From Nitrospirota bacterium (lineage in GTDB: Bacteria; Nitrospirota; Nitrospiria; JACQBZ01): a stretch of DNA of 64,000 nt. The number at the start of each line of letters is the position of its first letter. The first letter of the stretch is position 1. The position numbers and the translations under genes are program-made. The notes under the pieces are model-generated. The model was not told where the DNA came from. It saw only the letters and a program-made list of their open reading frames with translations, and searched no databases. Shown here in pieces: positions 51,139 to 60,533 of the stretch. The stretch is taken from NCBI GenBank assembly GCA_016201865.1, contig JACQCA010000039.1:5327-69326 (forward strand), written 5' to 3'.

Positions 51139-51262
51139 TCACGGCACGGAAATGGACTTTGCAATTGACTTTAAGATAACGCTGGATTATACAGGAGGAC
51201 GAAACGTAAAAAAAAGACAACTTTCAGGACGTCTATTATATGTTGGGCGGCATGAGATTAGT

Positions 51263-51841
51263 ATGGCGAGTGGCGAACGGTTGAACCGACGGCTTACGCG
51301 GCTGTGGGGTGGGCTATTCGCCATCGTTGGGGTGGTGGTATTCATCGTCATTGTCGTGGCGCTGCATTTTCTGCAGCCGGGCTATGACCCCGCGAATCAG
51401 CTTATGAGCGAGCTTGCGCTCGGCCCGCACGGATGGGCCATGCTTCCGGCCTTCATATCTCTATCACTCTCGGTCTTTGGGTTGCAAGCCGCCCTCGGCC
51501 CTTTCGGGGCGTCGCGCGCATTGAGACTCATTCTCGTGGTCGCTTCAGTATTTTTCCTTGCGTCGGGTGTGTTTCCTCTGGGAGCGGCCTCCGAACTCCA
51601 CATTGCATTTATTATCGCGGCATTTATTTTGGTTGTGTTGGCAATGTATCTTCTTCCCTCATCCGCCGGGCATGCGGGCACCCTGCTTCCTCGAATGCTC
51701 TCTTGGGGTCTGGCGGCGGGTGTAGCGGTGAGCGTGGCGCTGGGAGATTCGCTCTTGCCCGTGGGGATCGGGCAAAGGCTTGCGGCGATTTCTTTGCTGC
51801 TCTGGCTCGCGATCGTGGGTTGGACATTGGCACGGCGATGA
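51263..51841 (+). CDS. DUF998-like membrane protein
   Basis: LQPGYDPANQLMSELALG, LH, GIGQR; multiple TMs; start reassigned and uncertain. Confidence 0.72.
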   Translation: MASGERLNRRLTRLWGGLFAIVGVVVFIVIVVALHFLQPGYDPANQLMSELALGPHGWAMLPAFISLSLSVFGLQAALGPFGASRALRLILVVASVFFLASGVFPLGAASELHIAFIIAAFILVVLAMYLLPSSAGHAGTLLPRMLSWGLAAGVAVSVALGDSLLPVGIGQRLAAISLLLWLAIVGWTLARR

Positions 51842-51955
51842 GTCGTCTGTCAACGGATGGAACTTTGGCAACTTGTCTGGCGCTATGTCATCTGTCCGCT
51901 CAAGAAATTGGCTTTTCCAGTGAAGGATTTGAGAACGGGAATAAAACAGTCGAGG

Positions 51956-52207
51956 ATGAGATACTACCGTGCTCAATTCTTATATGGAAATGGTGACAAA
52001 CACGTGGCGTATCAAGAGGCCGACTCAAACGGAAACGTAAAGGGATATTATGACAGTGAGGGTAAGAGGTTTTTCCCTGAAGAACAGAGCAGGTGTTCTC
52101 TTCTTGACGGTGGGAAGTTTCAATTCCCAAACTGGGGCAGAAAAGACTGGAGTGACATCTTTAACGGCGATAGAAACTCAGGCCGCTGGGGAATCAGCGA
52201 AAAGTGA
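51956..52207 (+). CDS. Small low-GC hypothetical protein
   Basis: MRYYRAQFLYGNGDKH; AT-rich codon usage; start uncertain (track gives 51857). Confidence 0.45.
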   Translation: MRYYRAQFLYGNGDKHVAYQEADSNGNVKGYYDSEGKRFFPEEQSRCSLLDGGKFQFPNWGRKDWSDIFNGDRNSGRWGISEK

Positions 52208-52219
52208 GCATGCCACGTA

Positions 52220-52492
52220 ATGAAGGACACCTCCCCAGAAATGGAATCCTACTTCAACGAATTGATCATGAAGAAAAGCGGACAGGAACGATTGAAGATG
52301 GGCTTTCCCATGTTCGACATGGCCCGCCGGCAGGTTCTTGCATCCATCAAAAAAGATAATCCGAACGCCGATCCCGGCGAGATCAGGAGAGAAATCTTTC
52401 TGCGCTTTTACGGACAAGACTTCCCTCCTGCAGAGCAGGAAAGGGTACTCGCTCAGATACGATCAGCACGACCAACCGTTACCCTTCGATAG
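52220..52492 (+). CDS. Small hypothetical protein (DTSPE...ERLKM...FLRFYG type)
   Basis: Helical 90-aa ORF in an accessory patch. Confidence 0.65.
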   Translation: MKDTSPEMESYFNELIMKKSGQERLKMGFPMFDMARRQVLASIKKDNPNADPGEIRREIFLRFYGQDFPPAEQERVLAQIRSARPTVTLR

Positions 52493-52535
52493 TCAGAAAA
52501 GATGTCGTCCGCCGTCGACACGGATACACTCGCCC
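52493..52535 (-). repeat. Displaced copy of the SDR gene 3' end (att-like direct repeat of 53230-53272)
   Basis: 36/43 identical; both copies encode GECIRVDGGRHLF*. Confidence 0.9.
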
Positions 52536-52607
52536 AAGAAAAAAAAGTTCCGGTCTTTACTTTGACATAGGGTGACTAAAACCGCGACTAAAAGCGGAAC
52601 CGAAGAC

Positions 52608-52638
52608 TTGACCCGGTGTGTCGTAAGTGGTACACTTA
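52608..52638 (+). promoter_or_regulatory. TA promoter with palindromic operator over the -10 box
   Basis: TTGACC-17 nt-TACACT; inverted repeat TAAGTG-GTA-CACTTA at 52624-52638. Confidence 0.7.
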
Positions 52639-52659
52639 ATTCACTGGAGGTTGCCAAAC

Positions 52660-52884
52660 ATGCCTACTAAAAATCCCCGGGTCAACGTCGTGCTGGAAAA
52701 GCCGCTGTATCGCCGGATCGAGCATCTGGCCAAACGGGATGGGATTTCCCTTTCCCTGAAGGTGCGGGATCTGGTCCGTGAGGCGCTGGAGATCGAAGAG
52801 GATCTGGCCTTGTCCGTCTTGGCTGAGAAGCGGGAGAAGACCTTCCGCCGATCCACCGCGCTCAAGCACGATGAGGTGTGGTAG
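52660..52884 (+). CDS. Ribbon-helix-helix antitoxin
   Basis: MPTKNPRVNVVL, ISLSLKVRDLVREAL, HDEVW; GGAGG RBS; overlaps the toxin gene. Confidence 0.85.
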   Translation: MPTKNPRVNVVLEKPLYRRIEHLAKRDGISLSLKVRDLVREALEIEEDLALSVLAEKREKTFRRSTALKHDEVW

Positions 52885-53165
52885 CGTTGGCCTTCACCCT
52901 TCTCTACCATGCCGAGGTCAAGGAAGACACGCGTCAGCTTGACGAACGGCTAAAGAAGCGCATCAAGACGGCCATCGAGAATCGCCTTACGACGGCTCCC
53001 CACCAATACGGAGAACCTCTAAGAAAGACCCTCAAAGGATACTGGAAACTTCGAGTCGGTGATTATCGAGTCGTCTACAAGATTATGGGAAACAATGAGG
53101 TCTGGATTTTAGGTATCCGCCATCGGAAAGAGGTGTATGAGAAGATCGGAAAGAGGGTTGGGTGA
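52878..53165 (+). CDS. RelE/ParE-family toxin
   Basis: YGEPLRKTLKGYWKLRVGDYRVVY, IRHRKEVY. Confidence 0.9.
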   Translation: MVALAFTLLYHAEVKEDTRQLDERLKKRIKTAIENRLTTAPHQYGEPLRKTLKGYWKLRVGDYRVVYKIMGNNEVWILGIRHRKEVYEKIGKRVG

Positions 53166-53229
53166 TGAACAAGATGAACTGCTCGCCCTTGAACTCAAAA
53201 CGATTGCTAAACAATTCCATCCGCCCTGA

Positions 53230-53967
53230 TCAGAAAAGATGCCTCCCGCCGTCAACGCGGATGCATTCGCCCGTGATAAAGTCCGTTTCGATCAGGAACA
53301 GAACCGCCTTGGCAATTTCTTCCGGACCTCCCCACCGGCCCAGCGGCGTGACCCTTTTAACTTCGCGGTTTTCCTTTGCCGTCAGACCCGGCGGCGCAAG
53401 GATCGGGCCTGGCGCGATCGCATTGACCAGAATATCCGGCGCAAGCTCCAGGGCCAGCGCCTCGGTCAGTCCGATGACGCCCGCTTTCGCGACGTAGTAA
53501 GGAAGGTAATCTTTATACCGCGGCCGGCCGCTGGCCGAGACCCAGTCCGAAAAATGGATGATCCGGCCCCCGCCCCGCCGTTTCATGATAGGCGCGCAGC
53601 GCAGTGAGAGAAGATAAGCACATTCCAGATTGGCCGCCATATTTTTCTTCCAGACCGAGGAATCGAGTGCCTTGAGAGCCGCCTTTTCGTAGATCGAAGC
53701 CATATTGATCAGAACATCAAGCCGCCCAAAAAACTTGGCCACCTTATCGACCGCATTGCGCAATTCCGACTCATTCGTCAGGTCGGTCCGCATCGCGAGC
53801 CCGCGGACGCCCAGATCCCGCGCACACGTGACGGCCTCTTCGGCGCTCTTTTTCGATGCGCGGTAGGTCATCGCGACATCCGCGCCCCGCCGAGCCAACG
53901 CGGCGGCAACCGCCCGGCCGATCCGCGCGCCCCCCGTAATCAGCACCGCTTTGCCTTTTAGATCCAT
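53230..53967 (-). CDS. SDR oxidoreductase, pteridine reductase (FolM/PTR1)-like
   Basis: TGGARIG, YYVAK, VNAIAPG, GECIRVDGG; close to folC. Confidence 0.85.
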   Translation of the reverse strand: MDLKGKAVLITGGARIGRAVAAALARRGADVAMTYRASKKSAEEAVTCARDLGVRGLAMRTDLTNESELRNAVDKVAKFFGRLDVLINMASIYEKAALKALDSSVWKKNMAANLECAYLLSLRCAPIMKRRGGGRIIHFSDWVSASGRPRYKDYLPYYVAKAGVIGLTEALALELAPDILVNAIAPGPILAPPGLTAKENREVKRVTPLGRWGGPEEIAKAVLFLIETDFITGECIRVDGGRHLF

Positions 53968-54077
53968 TGAAAGACGAACCCCCCGTCGATCTAACGTTTA
54001 TCTCACCGCCATCGTGCCACGATACTCAAGTAAGGAAGAACTGTCAAGACGCATGGATTCATGGCTGCATCTCGACC

Positions 54078-56267
54078 TTAAAAAACAAAAGACGTCGCTC
54101 GCGAGAGCTCGGACGGCCGGAGGGTGATCATGAAACCGAACTGATGCCGATCCGGGAGTTGCTGATAAGAAACCGCGACCCCCAGGCACTGGCCGATGTA
54201 CTTTAAACCGTAGTCGATCTCGGCAAAAGCCCTATCCTTAACATCGTAGTAGGCGCGAGCAGACAGGATGATTTTCCCCGGCAACTCGATCTTCGTGTCT
54301 CCGGTGAGAAAACGGAGCAGAGGGCTCGGTTCGCTGAACCAAAACGTCCGGTCCGACGGATTCAACGGGTCGAAGATATCCCCCCTCGGGTTGATCGCGC
54401 CCTCGCGGGTGTAGCGCTGTCCGACCCCGACCGCCCACGGCGGCAACGGGCGCGTTTGCAGATCGGTATTAAAGGAGACCGTCTCATTGCGGTAGAGATT
54501 ATAAAAGACGTCCAGATCCGCGGTCGTTTGAGAAAAAGGACGCAGGACGAGCTCCGACCGGACGTTCGAAAACGGCCGCGTCGGGCCGGGACCGTCCTCA
54601 AGCCGTTTGGCATGGATGTCGTAACTCTGCGTGAGTTTCCAAAAAACCCATTCCCGCACGGACGGCTTTTCCGGATCGGCCCGGTCTTCCCAGGCGAGGC
54701 GGTTGGTAAGCGAATACGTCACGCCGTTCTTTCGGGGAAGCTGATCCACGTCGTCGAAATGGGGCAGTCGGGTTTGATCTATTAAAGGAACGTATTCATA
54801 AATCAGCGCCGGCTCAAGGGAATGGACGGCCCGACCGGAGCCGGAGGTCTCGAATGTTCGATACAGGCGCATGTTGGCGCCCACGTCCAGGACCTCAACG
54901 CCCCGTTGCGTCGGCGAGTCGGACTGAAGATTGCGGCTGTACCAGGTCTCCCGGTAGCCGGCGCGCGGTGTGATCACGAGACCGCCGAGGTTCAGTCTCG
55001 TCCAAACACGCGGAAAGGCATCCAGGCGTTGGGCGCGAATCAACCCCGCCGCCTCGTCCTCTTTTTCACGCCAGAAGTTGACGGCCGTCGCATCCAGTCC
55101 GGCATACAGGGGGAGATCTCTTAGACGATATTCCCGCAGGGTGTAGCCCAGTTGGGGCAATTGCTGAAGGGTGGTGTTGCTTGACGTCACCAAGTCCCGC
55201 GTCATGCGGGCGAGAAGGGTGATCTCCTGGTTGTCCCACCGACGAAAAACGACGAAGGTCGATTCCAGGCTCTGCCGGACACGATCCGATGTCGCCGTAC
55301 TTAAGTCCCGAAACTGATGGATGTCGCTGACGAGATGGATATTCAACCGGGCCTGAACGTCGGGACCGAAGCGTTGGATGTGCCGGAATTCCGTTTCGCT
55401 CCGGCGGCTGTCCGTCATGTGGTCGTCAAAGAAGGTGTAATGCAGTTGCCCCTCGGACTCCCGGCTGAGCTTATAACGATATTCCAGGCCCGTTCCGGTC
55501 CCGCGGATGCTTCGATAGTCCAGCGACAAGGTCGCATCCTCACTCGGGCCGATCGCCCAGAAAAAGTCCTGTCTCACCCTCAATCCGTCCGCCGTGTTGT
55601 AGCCCAGTTGCGGGACGAGAAAACCGCTCTGTCGCGTCGTCTTCATCGGGAGAACAAAATAGGGCGTGTACAAGACCGGGATATCTTTGATGTAGAAAAC
55701 CACATCACGGGCCGTCAGGTATCGGCCCAGGTCCGCGCGGGCCGTGCGTCCGCGGAACCTCCAGAGCGGAGTTTCCCCTTCGGCCGTATCGCAAGACGTG
55801 GCGGACCAGGTCTTTAATTCATAATGATCCTCCCCGCTCTTGTCCATCTGCGCCGCATGGAGGGTGTAGTTCTCCTTTTTGACAAAGAGCCGTCCCGGCG
55901 CGGCCGTGCCGTCTTTGGTGCGGAGGTTGAACCGGAGCCGATCCGATGAAAGCGTATCGTCCGCATCCCGCAGCTCGGCATGTCCGTCGGCCTCGGCCAG
56001 ACCGGTCTGATGGTCCAGTACGACATGATCGGCTGTCAGATGGACCGATCCTTGAATCATGCTCACGGAACCGTCCGCGATGTAGCGATCCTCGTCTTTA
56101 AGGTACTGGAGCTGTTCGGCCGTGATCTCGATCGGCGCCTCGCTGTTTTTCGAGCCGTCGGAGAATCGAAGCGGCATCTGCGCAAGCGATGGAGGAGAGA
56201 AATAAAGACAGAACAACAAGACGGATGTCACGGATATCGATCGAGTACGCCGCAGGCGGTCCGTCAT
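54078..56267 (-). CDS. lptD: LPS assembly protein LptD
   Basis: PIEITAE OstA-like N-domain, TSC, PVLYTPY, RQSGFLVP, large beta-barrel. Confidence 0.88.
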   Translation of the reverse strand: MTDRLRRTRSISVTSVLLFCLYFSPPSLAQMPLRFSDGSKNSEAPIEITAEQLQYLKDEDRYIADGSVSMIQGSVHLTADHVVLDHQTGLAEADGHAELRDADDTLSSDRLRFNLRTKDGTAAPGRLFVKKENYTLHAAQMDKSGEDHYELKTWSATSCDTAEGETPLWRFRGRTARADLGRYLTARDVVFYIKDIPVLYTPYFVLPMKTTRQSGFLVPQLGYNTADGLRVRQDFFWAIGPSEDATLSLDYRSIRGTGTGLEYRYKLSRESEGQLHYTFFDDHMTDSRRSETEFRHIQRFGPDVQARLNIHLVSDIHQFRDLSTATSDRVRQSLESTFVVFRRWDNQEITLLARMTRDLVTSSNTTLQQLPQLGYTLREYRLRDLPLYAGLDATAVNFWREKEDEAAGLIRAQRLDAFPRVWTRLNLGGLVITPRAGYRETWYSRNLQSDSPTQRGVEVLDVGANMRLYRTFETSGSGRAVHSLEPALIYEYVPLIDQTRLPHFDDVDQLPRKNGVTYSLTNRLAWEDRADPEKPSVREWVFWKLTQSYDIHAKRLEDGPGPTRPFSNVRSELVLRPFSQTTADLDVFYNLYRNETVSFNTDLQTRPLPPWAVGVGQRYTREGAINPRGDIFDPLNPSDRTFWFSEPSPLLRFLTGDTKIELPGKIILSARAYYDVKDRAFAEIDYGLKYIGQCLGVAVSYQQLPDRHQFGFMITLRPSELSRATSFVF

Positions 56268-56299
56268 CGCGACTTCCCCGGGAAAATTTCTCGCCGCAC

Positions 56300-57607
56300 T
56301 TATCCTCTTAGGGTGGAAGGCTGCGCCGATCCCTTGAGATAGGATCGCGCCTCGCCGATGGTATAGAGAGATCCCGTCACACAGATCCGGTCCTCGGTTC
56401 CCGCCGCGGATCGGGCATACCGAACGGCCTCCGATACGGGCTCTCGGACCGTCACGCGCGCCGGATATCGTTCAAGACGACGCTTCAGGTCTTCCGTCGT
56501 CGAAGCCCGTTCATGCTGCGGCCGCGTCACGACCATCTCGTCGGCCAGGGGAACGAGCTCGGCCAAAATGCCGTCGATATCCTTGTCGCGCAGTATTCCC
56601 AGCACAAGAATCAGCCGGCCGGGGCGCGACGGTCGCGATTCCTCGAGGAAGACCCGAAGGGTCCGGGCCCCGGCGGGATTGTGAGCCCCGTCCAAAATGA
56701 CGGTCGGCCCGGAATCGGCCGGCGAAACGATCTCCAACCGGCCTTCCCATCGAACCGTCTTTAACCCTCGCCGGATCGAAGCCTCGCCGATGTCGGCCTC
56801 CTGCCGCCCCAAGAGCTCCAGTGCGGGCAGAGCGCAGGCCGCGTTCAACAGTTGATGCCGGCCCAAAAGAGCGCAATTCAGATCCGCAAACGACCTCTGA
56901 ATGCCCTCGTATCGAAACCGCTGCGGTGAGACTCCCGCCACGCGCACCTCGGCTCCGACTCGATACAAGGGGGCATTCCGTTCCCGGCTAACGTCCCGGA
57001 TCACGTTCAGGGCCTCCGGCCGGTCGGCCGCCGTGACAACCGGGATCCCCGGCTTGATGATCCCGGCCTTCTCGGTCGCGATCATCTCCAGGGTGTCTCC
57101 GAGATAGGCCTGATGGTCAAAATCAATATTGGTGATGACGGAGACAAGCGGCGTCAAGATGTTGGTGGCGTCATACCGTCCGCCCATTCCCGCTTCAGCC
57201 ACGACGAAATCCACGCCGGAATCCGCAAAATACTGAAAGGCCATGGCCGTCGTGAATTCGAAAAAAGTCAACGGGAGATCGGCCACGGCGGCGCGCAGCC
57301 GCTCGGTCAATCGGGCTGCCTCGTCCGGGGGGATCGGCCCGCCGTTCACGCGGATCCGTTCGGTAAAATCGATGAGATGAGGCGAGGTGTAAAGGCCCGT
57401 GCGGTAACCGGCCGCTTCAAGAACGGCCGCGATCATGGCTGCGGTCGACCCTTTGCCGTTGGTCCCGGCGATCTGGACGGACCGAAAGCGCCGATGCGGT
57501 TCGGCCAGGGCCGTCATCAAACGCCGAATGTTTTCAAGTCCCAGTTTGATGCCGTGCCGCTGCAGACTGTAGAGATAATTGATCGTTTTTGAATAGGAGA
57601 GGGTCAT
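56300..57607 (-). CDS. folC: Folylpolyglutamate synthase / dihydrofolate synthase
   Basis: AGTNGKGST, YTSPHL, LDGAHN, GSLY. Confidence 0.96.
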   Translation of the reverse strand: MTLSYSKTINYLYSLQRHGIKLGLENIRRLMTALAEPHRRFRSVQIAGTNGKGSTAAMIAAVLEAAGYRTGLYTSPHLIDFTERIRVNGGPIPPDEAARLTERLRAAVADLPLTFFEFTTAMAFQYFADSGVDFVVAEAGMGGRYDATNILTPLVSVITNIDFDHQAYLGDTLEMIATEKAGIIKPGIPVVTAADRPEALNVIRDVSRERNAPLYRVGAEVRVAGVSPQRFRYEGIQRSFADLNCALLGRHQLLNAACALPALELLGRQEADIGEASIRRGLKTVRWEGRLEIVSPADSGPTVILDGAHNPAGARTLRVFLEESRPSRPGRLILVLGILRDKDIDGILAELVPLADEMVVTRPQHERASTTEDLKRRLERYPARVTVREPVSEAVRYARSAAGTEDRICVTGSLYTIGEARSYLKGSAQPSTLRG

Positions 57608-57634
57608 GCGGCGTCGCTTGTAAGGCCGGTGGCA

Positions 57635-58468
57635 TCACGCACTGAAAAACGTCAGAAGCTTCGTCAGGGTTTGCTTCATTTTTTTGCGCTCGACGACGAG
57701 ATCGACCATGCCGTGATCCAGGAGGAACTCGGAGCGTTGAAATCCTTCCGGAAGCTGTTGTTTGATCGTCTGCTCGATCACGCGGGGGCCGGCAAAACCG
57801 ATGAGGGCCTTCGGCTCCGCGATAATGATGTCGCCCAGCATCGCAAAGCTCGCCGTAACCCCGCCGAAGGTGGGATCGGCCAGGATCGAGAAGAACGGGA
57901 CCTTCGCCCGCCCCAGCCGCGCCGCGGCGGCCGAGGTCTTCGCCATCTGCATCAGCGAAAGGATCCCCTCCTGCATCCGCGCCCCGCCGGACGAGCTGAC
58001 CAGGATGAGCGGCCGGCGCCGGTCCAAGGCCTTCTCGGCCGCCCGGACGATCTTTTCGCCCACGACCGAACCCATGCTGCCGCCCATGAAGGAGAAATCG
58101 AACACGCCCAGGATCACGGGCCGCTGGTTGATCGTCCCTTCCCCGATGACGATCGCGTCCCGCCGACGACTCTTGTCTTGAGCCACCTTCAGCCGGTCCC
58201 GGTACCGCACCGAGTCCTTGAAGTTCAACGGATCCATCGGAGAAAGCCCCCGATCCCATTCCTTGAAGCTGCCCTCATCTAAGATCAGCGCGATCCGCTC
58301 GGAAACTGAAATCGGAAAGTGATAGTTGCACTTGGGACAGACCTTGGCGTTCTTCTCGATCTCCTTCCGGTAGATCACCTCTTTGCAACTGTCGCACTTC
58401 TGCCAGAGGCCTTCGGGAATCCGGAACCGCTTCCCCTCGCCCGATCTGTCTTTTTTAAACCAGACCAT
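57635..58468 (-). CDS. accD: Acetyl-CoA carboxylase carboxyltransferase beta subunit
   Basis: CDSC/CPKC zinc finger, [27 protein letters not shown]. Confidence 0.97.
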   Translation of the reverse strand: MVWFKKDRSGEGKRFRIPEGLWQKCDSCKEVIYRKEIEKNAKVCPKCNYHFPISVSERIALILDEGSFKEWDRGLSPMDPLNFKDSVRYRDRLKVAQDKSRRRDAIVIGEGTINQRPVILGVFDFSFMGGSMGSVVGEKIVRAAEKALDRRRPLILVSSSGGARMQEGILSLMQMAKTSAAAARLGRAKVPFFSILADPTFGGVTASFAMLGDIIIAEPKALIGFAGPRVIEQTIKQQLPEGFQRSEFLLDHGMVDLVVERKKMKQTLTKLLTFFSA

Positions 58469-58487
58469 CTCTCGAATCAGCTCCCCC

Positions 58488-59279
58488 TCATACCGTAAAT
58501 GTCTGGCCGTCTCTCAACAACCGGACGTTTGGAATCTTCAGCGCCTTGATCTCGGCCGTCAGGAGTTCGACGTATTGCGGCTTCATATGATAGACATACA
58601 GCGGGATATCCGGTCTCCCGATCTTGGCGAACTCCTGCGCCAGGAGCCGCGGCGTCAGGTGTCCGCTCTTGACCGCCAACCCGTGCAGATCGTTCGGAAA
58701 GGAGGTCTCGATGATGGCCGCCTTTAGACGGGTGATCTTCGAGGCCACCTCCCAGATCCGCTTGGTTTCATGGGTGTCCCCGCTGTACAACACCGCCCCG
58801 GTCGGATCCTCGACAATGAAACCGACCGTCGGAACGATATGGTTGACGCGCACCGGGATCACCTTCAGATCGCCCAGCGTCCGGGACGATTCCTCCTTCA
58901 ACTCGGACAGTCGGAAGGTGGGCTGATCGGCGTTCGGAAGTTTTGTGAAATCCGGCCAGACCGTGTCGTTTAAAAGATGCTCATGCAGACCGGTCAGGAT
59001 TTCGTCCAGGCTGTGGATCTCGATCGGAACCGGAAGCTTTCCGAAAACGGTATCGGCCAGAAACGGCAACCCCTTGATATGGTCAAAATGGATATGAGAC
59101 AGGAGCACATGCCGGAGATGCACCAGTTCGCTTAGGTTGAGCGAGGTCGAAATCGTTCCGGCATCAATGATCACGGATCGGTTGATTAGAAATCCGGACG
59201 TATTGTAGATCGTGGTCTTCCCTTCGGCATCGGTCGTCACAAATTCGGCCCCGTAGCAGCCCAGCGCTTTGATCCTCAT
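58488..59279 (-). CDS. Metallo-beta-lactamase-fold cyclic-nucleotide phosphodiesterase (class II-like)
   Basis: LGCYG, IDAG, SHIHFDH, SGDT, ETSFPN, SGHLTP, YHMKP. Confidence 0.8.
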   Translation of the reverse strand: MRIKALGCYGAEFVTTDAEGKTTIYNTSGFLINRSVIIDAGTISTSLNLSELVHLRHVLLSHIHFDHIKGLPFLADTVFGKLPVPIEIHSLDEILTGLHEHLLNDTVWPDFTKLPNADQPTFRLSELKEESSRTLGDLKVIPVRVNHIVPTVGFIVEDPTGAVLYSGDTHETKRIWEVASKITRLKAAIIETSFPNDLHGLAVKSGHLTPRLLAQEFAKIGRPDIPLYVYHMKPQYVELLTAEIKALKIPNVRLLRDGQTFTV

Positions 59280-59301
59280 TCCCCGATCGTTCCTTTCTCG
59301 A

Positions 59302-59476
59302 TTATGGGAGCTTGCGTCGCCCCGCCTATCTGATGTAGGGGCCCGTGCGGTACTTCGTATCCTCCGATGCCCCCACGCCCCTCGCTCGGACGGGCCAAGC
59401 CCGATCCTCGCTTTCCGGCAAAGCCGGATGGAGCCTCCCCCTCCCGCTCGCCTTGCTCGCTGGGTAACTCTACACG
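59302..59476 (+). repeat. Longest copy D of the modular intergenic repeat family
   Basis: Contains left (TTATGGGAGCTTGCGTCGCC), middle (GGGGCCCGTGCGG to TCCTCCGATGCCCCCAC), hairpin (CCGGCAAAGCCGG) and right (GGAGCCTCCCCCTC to GCTGGGTA) modules. Confidence 0.85.
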
Positions 59477-59483
59477 ATGACGG

Positions 59484-60359
59484 CTAAGGTCCCGTGTGTC
59501 TGACCTTCGAGAGGGTGTCTTTGATGCGCGATTTATAGAAACCCTCCAGCACCTCACGGACTCGCGGGTACTTTTGAATAATCGCCTTGAGGTCCTCTCC
59601 CCGGAGCTCCAGGACCTGGGTATCGGTCCGGGTGACCACGCTCGCGGTTCGCGGACGTCCCGTCAGAAAACCCACCTCCCCGAAGAAATCGTTGTCCTTA
59701 AGTTCGGACAAAGGGATCTCCCGGTTTCCGACCTTGGTCGTCACCTGAACCGTCCCCTGGCTGATGAGATAGACCGAATCGCCTCGGTCTCCTTCCTTCA
59801 CGATCCGATAGCCGGCCGGATACTGGAGATGGATCATGCGTTCCACGACTTCCGAGAACTCTTCCGGCGTCAGGCTTGAGAACAGGGGGATGACATTTGA
59901 GAGGACGCTCTGTTCCGGTTCCGGCTCCCTTTGCGTCACAGCGACGGCCTCGGCCGGCTGCACCGAAACCGGCGGCCCGCTTTCGGGCGGCGGGATGTCG
60001 GCCGTTATGAAGGAGGAATGGAAAGCCGCCGCCTGCTCGCGGGCCTGCACGTGAAGGCCCTGCATCTCGGCATGCGCATTCTCGTTTTGCGGATCCAGCC
60101 GAAGGATCATTTTATACGCAGCCAGCGCTTTGACGACGAAGCCGCCTTTTGCGAAAACCTCCGCGGCCTCTCCATACGCCGCCACGGCTTTTTCGGAATG
60201 GCCCAGCTTCAGGTAATAATCCCCCGTACGGAGCCGATGGACGGCGTTGTTCGGCTCCATCACCGCCAAGTCACCTAAGGCCTGGATCGCCTTATCCCAT
60301 TGGCTTTTCTTGATATATTTCTGCAGACTCTCTGTGACCCGGTCTTTCTCTGTCGCCAT
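59484..60359 (-). CDS. TPR plus cyclic-nucleotide-binding domain protein
   Basis: N-terminal TPR-like helices; KEGDRGDSVYLI and FFGEVGFLTGRPRTASV cNMP cassette; start reassigned to ATG 60359. Confidence 0.87.
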   Translation of the reverse strand: MATEKDRVTESLQKYIKKSQWDKAIQALGDLAVMEPNNAVHRLRTGDYYLKLGHSEKAVAAYGEAAEVFAKGGFVVKALAAYKMILRLDPQNENAHAEMQGLHVQAREQAAAFHSSFITADIPPPESGPPVSVQPAEAVAVTQREPEPEQSVLSNVIPLFSSLTPEEFSEVVERMIHLQYPAGYRIVKEGDRGDSVYLISQGTVQVTTKVGNREIPLSELKDNDFFGEVGFLTGRPRTASVVTRTDTQVLELRGEDLKAIIQKYPRVREVLEGFYKSRIKDTLSKVRHTGP

Positions 60360-60465
60360 TCTTAAAACCTCAGCCGGTAAAAACCCAGACAGAATAGCAT
60401 ATTCTCGAAGAACGATCAAGAAACGGGGGCGGTCTTTGTCAAGCCTCAAACCTCAACAGATCCAT

Positions 60466-60495
60466 TTGACACGCTCCATGATTCTCTGTCATAAT
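60466..60495 (+). promoter_or_regulatory. Putative sigma70 promoter of the rubrerythrin-VIT1 gene
   Basis: TTGACA-18 nt-CATAAT. Confidence 0.55.
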
Positions 60496-60533
60496 TCCTC
60501 GCTCTTTCAAGGGTCCACCGGACAGAAGTCATC

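Larger units (their letters stand above)
52493..53272. mobile_element. Degenerate integrative mini-island carrying a type II TA pair, inserted in the SDR 3' end
   Basis: Flanking 43-bp direct repeats; tandem GTGACTAAAACC/GCGACTAAAAGC at 52572-52595; no integrase inside. Confidence 0.65.

Noticed and set aside
59276-59557. 93-aa ORF sharing LPSEQGEREGEAP with the end of track ORF 40695-41525
   Set aside because: The shared peptide is a translation of the repeat R module; both ORFs overlap real genes
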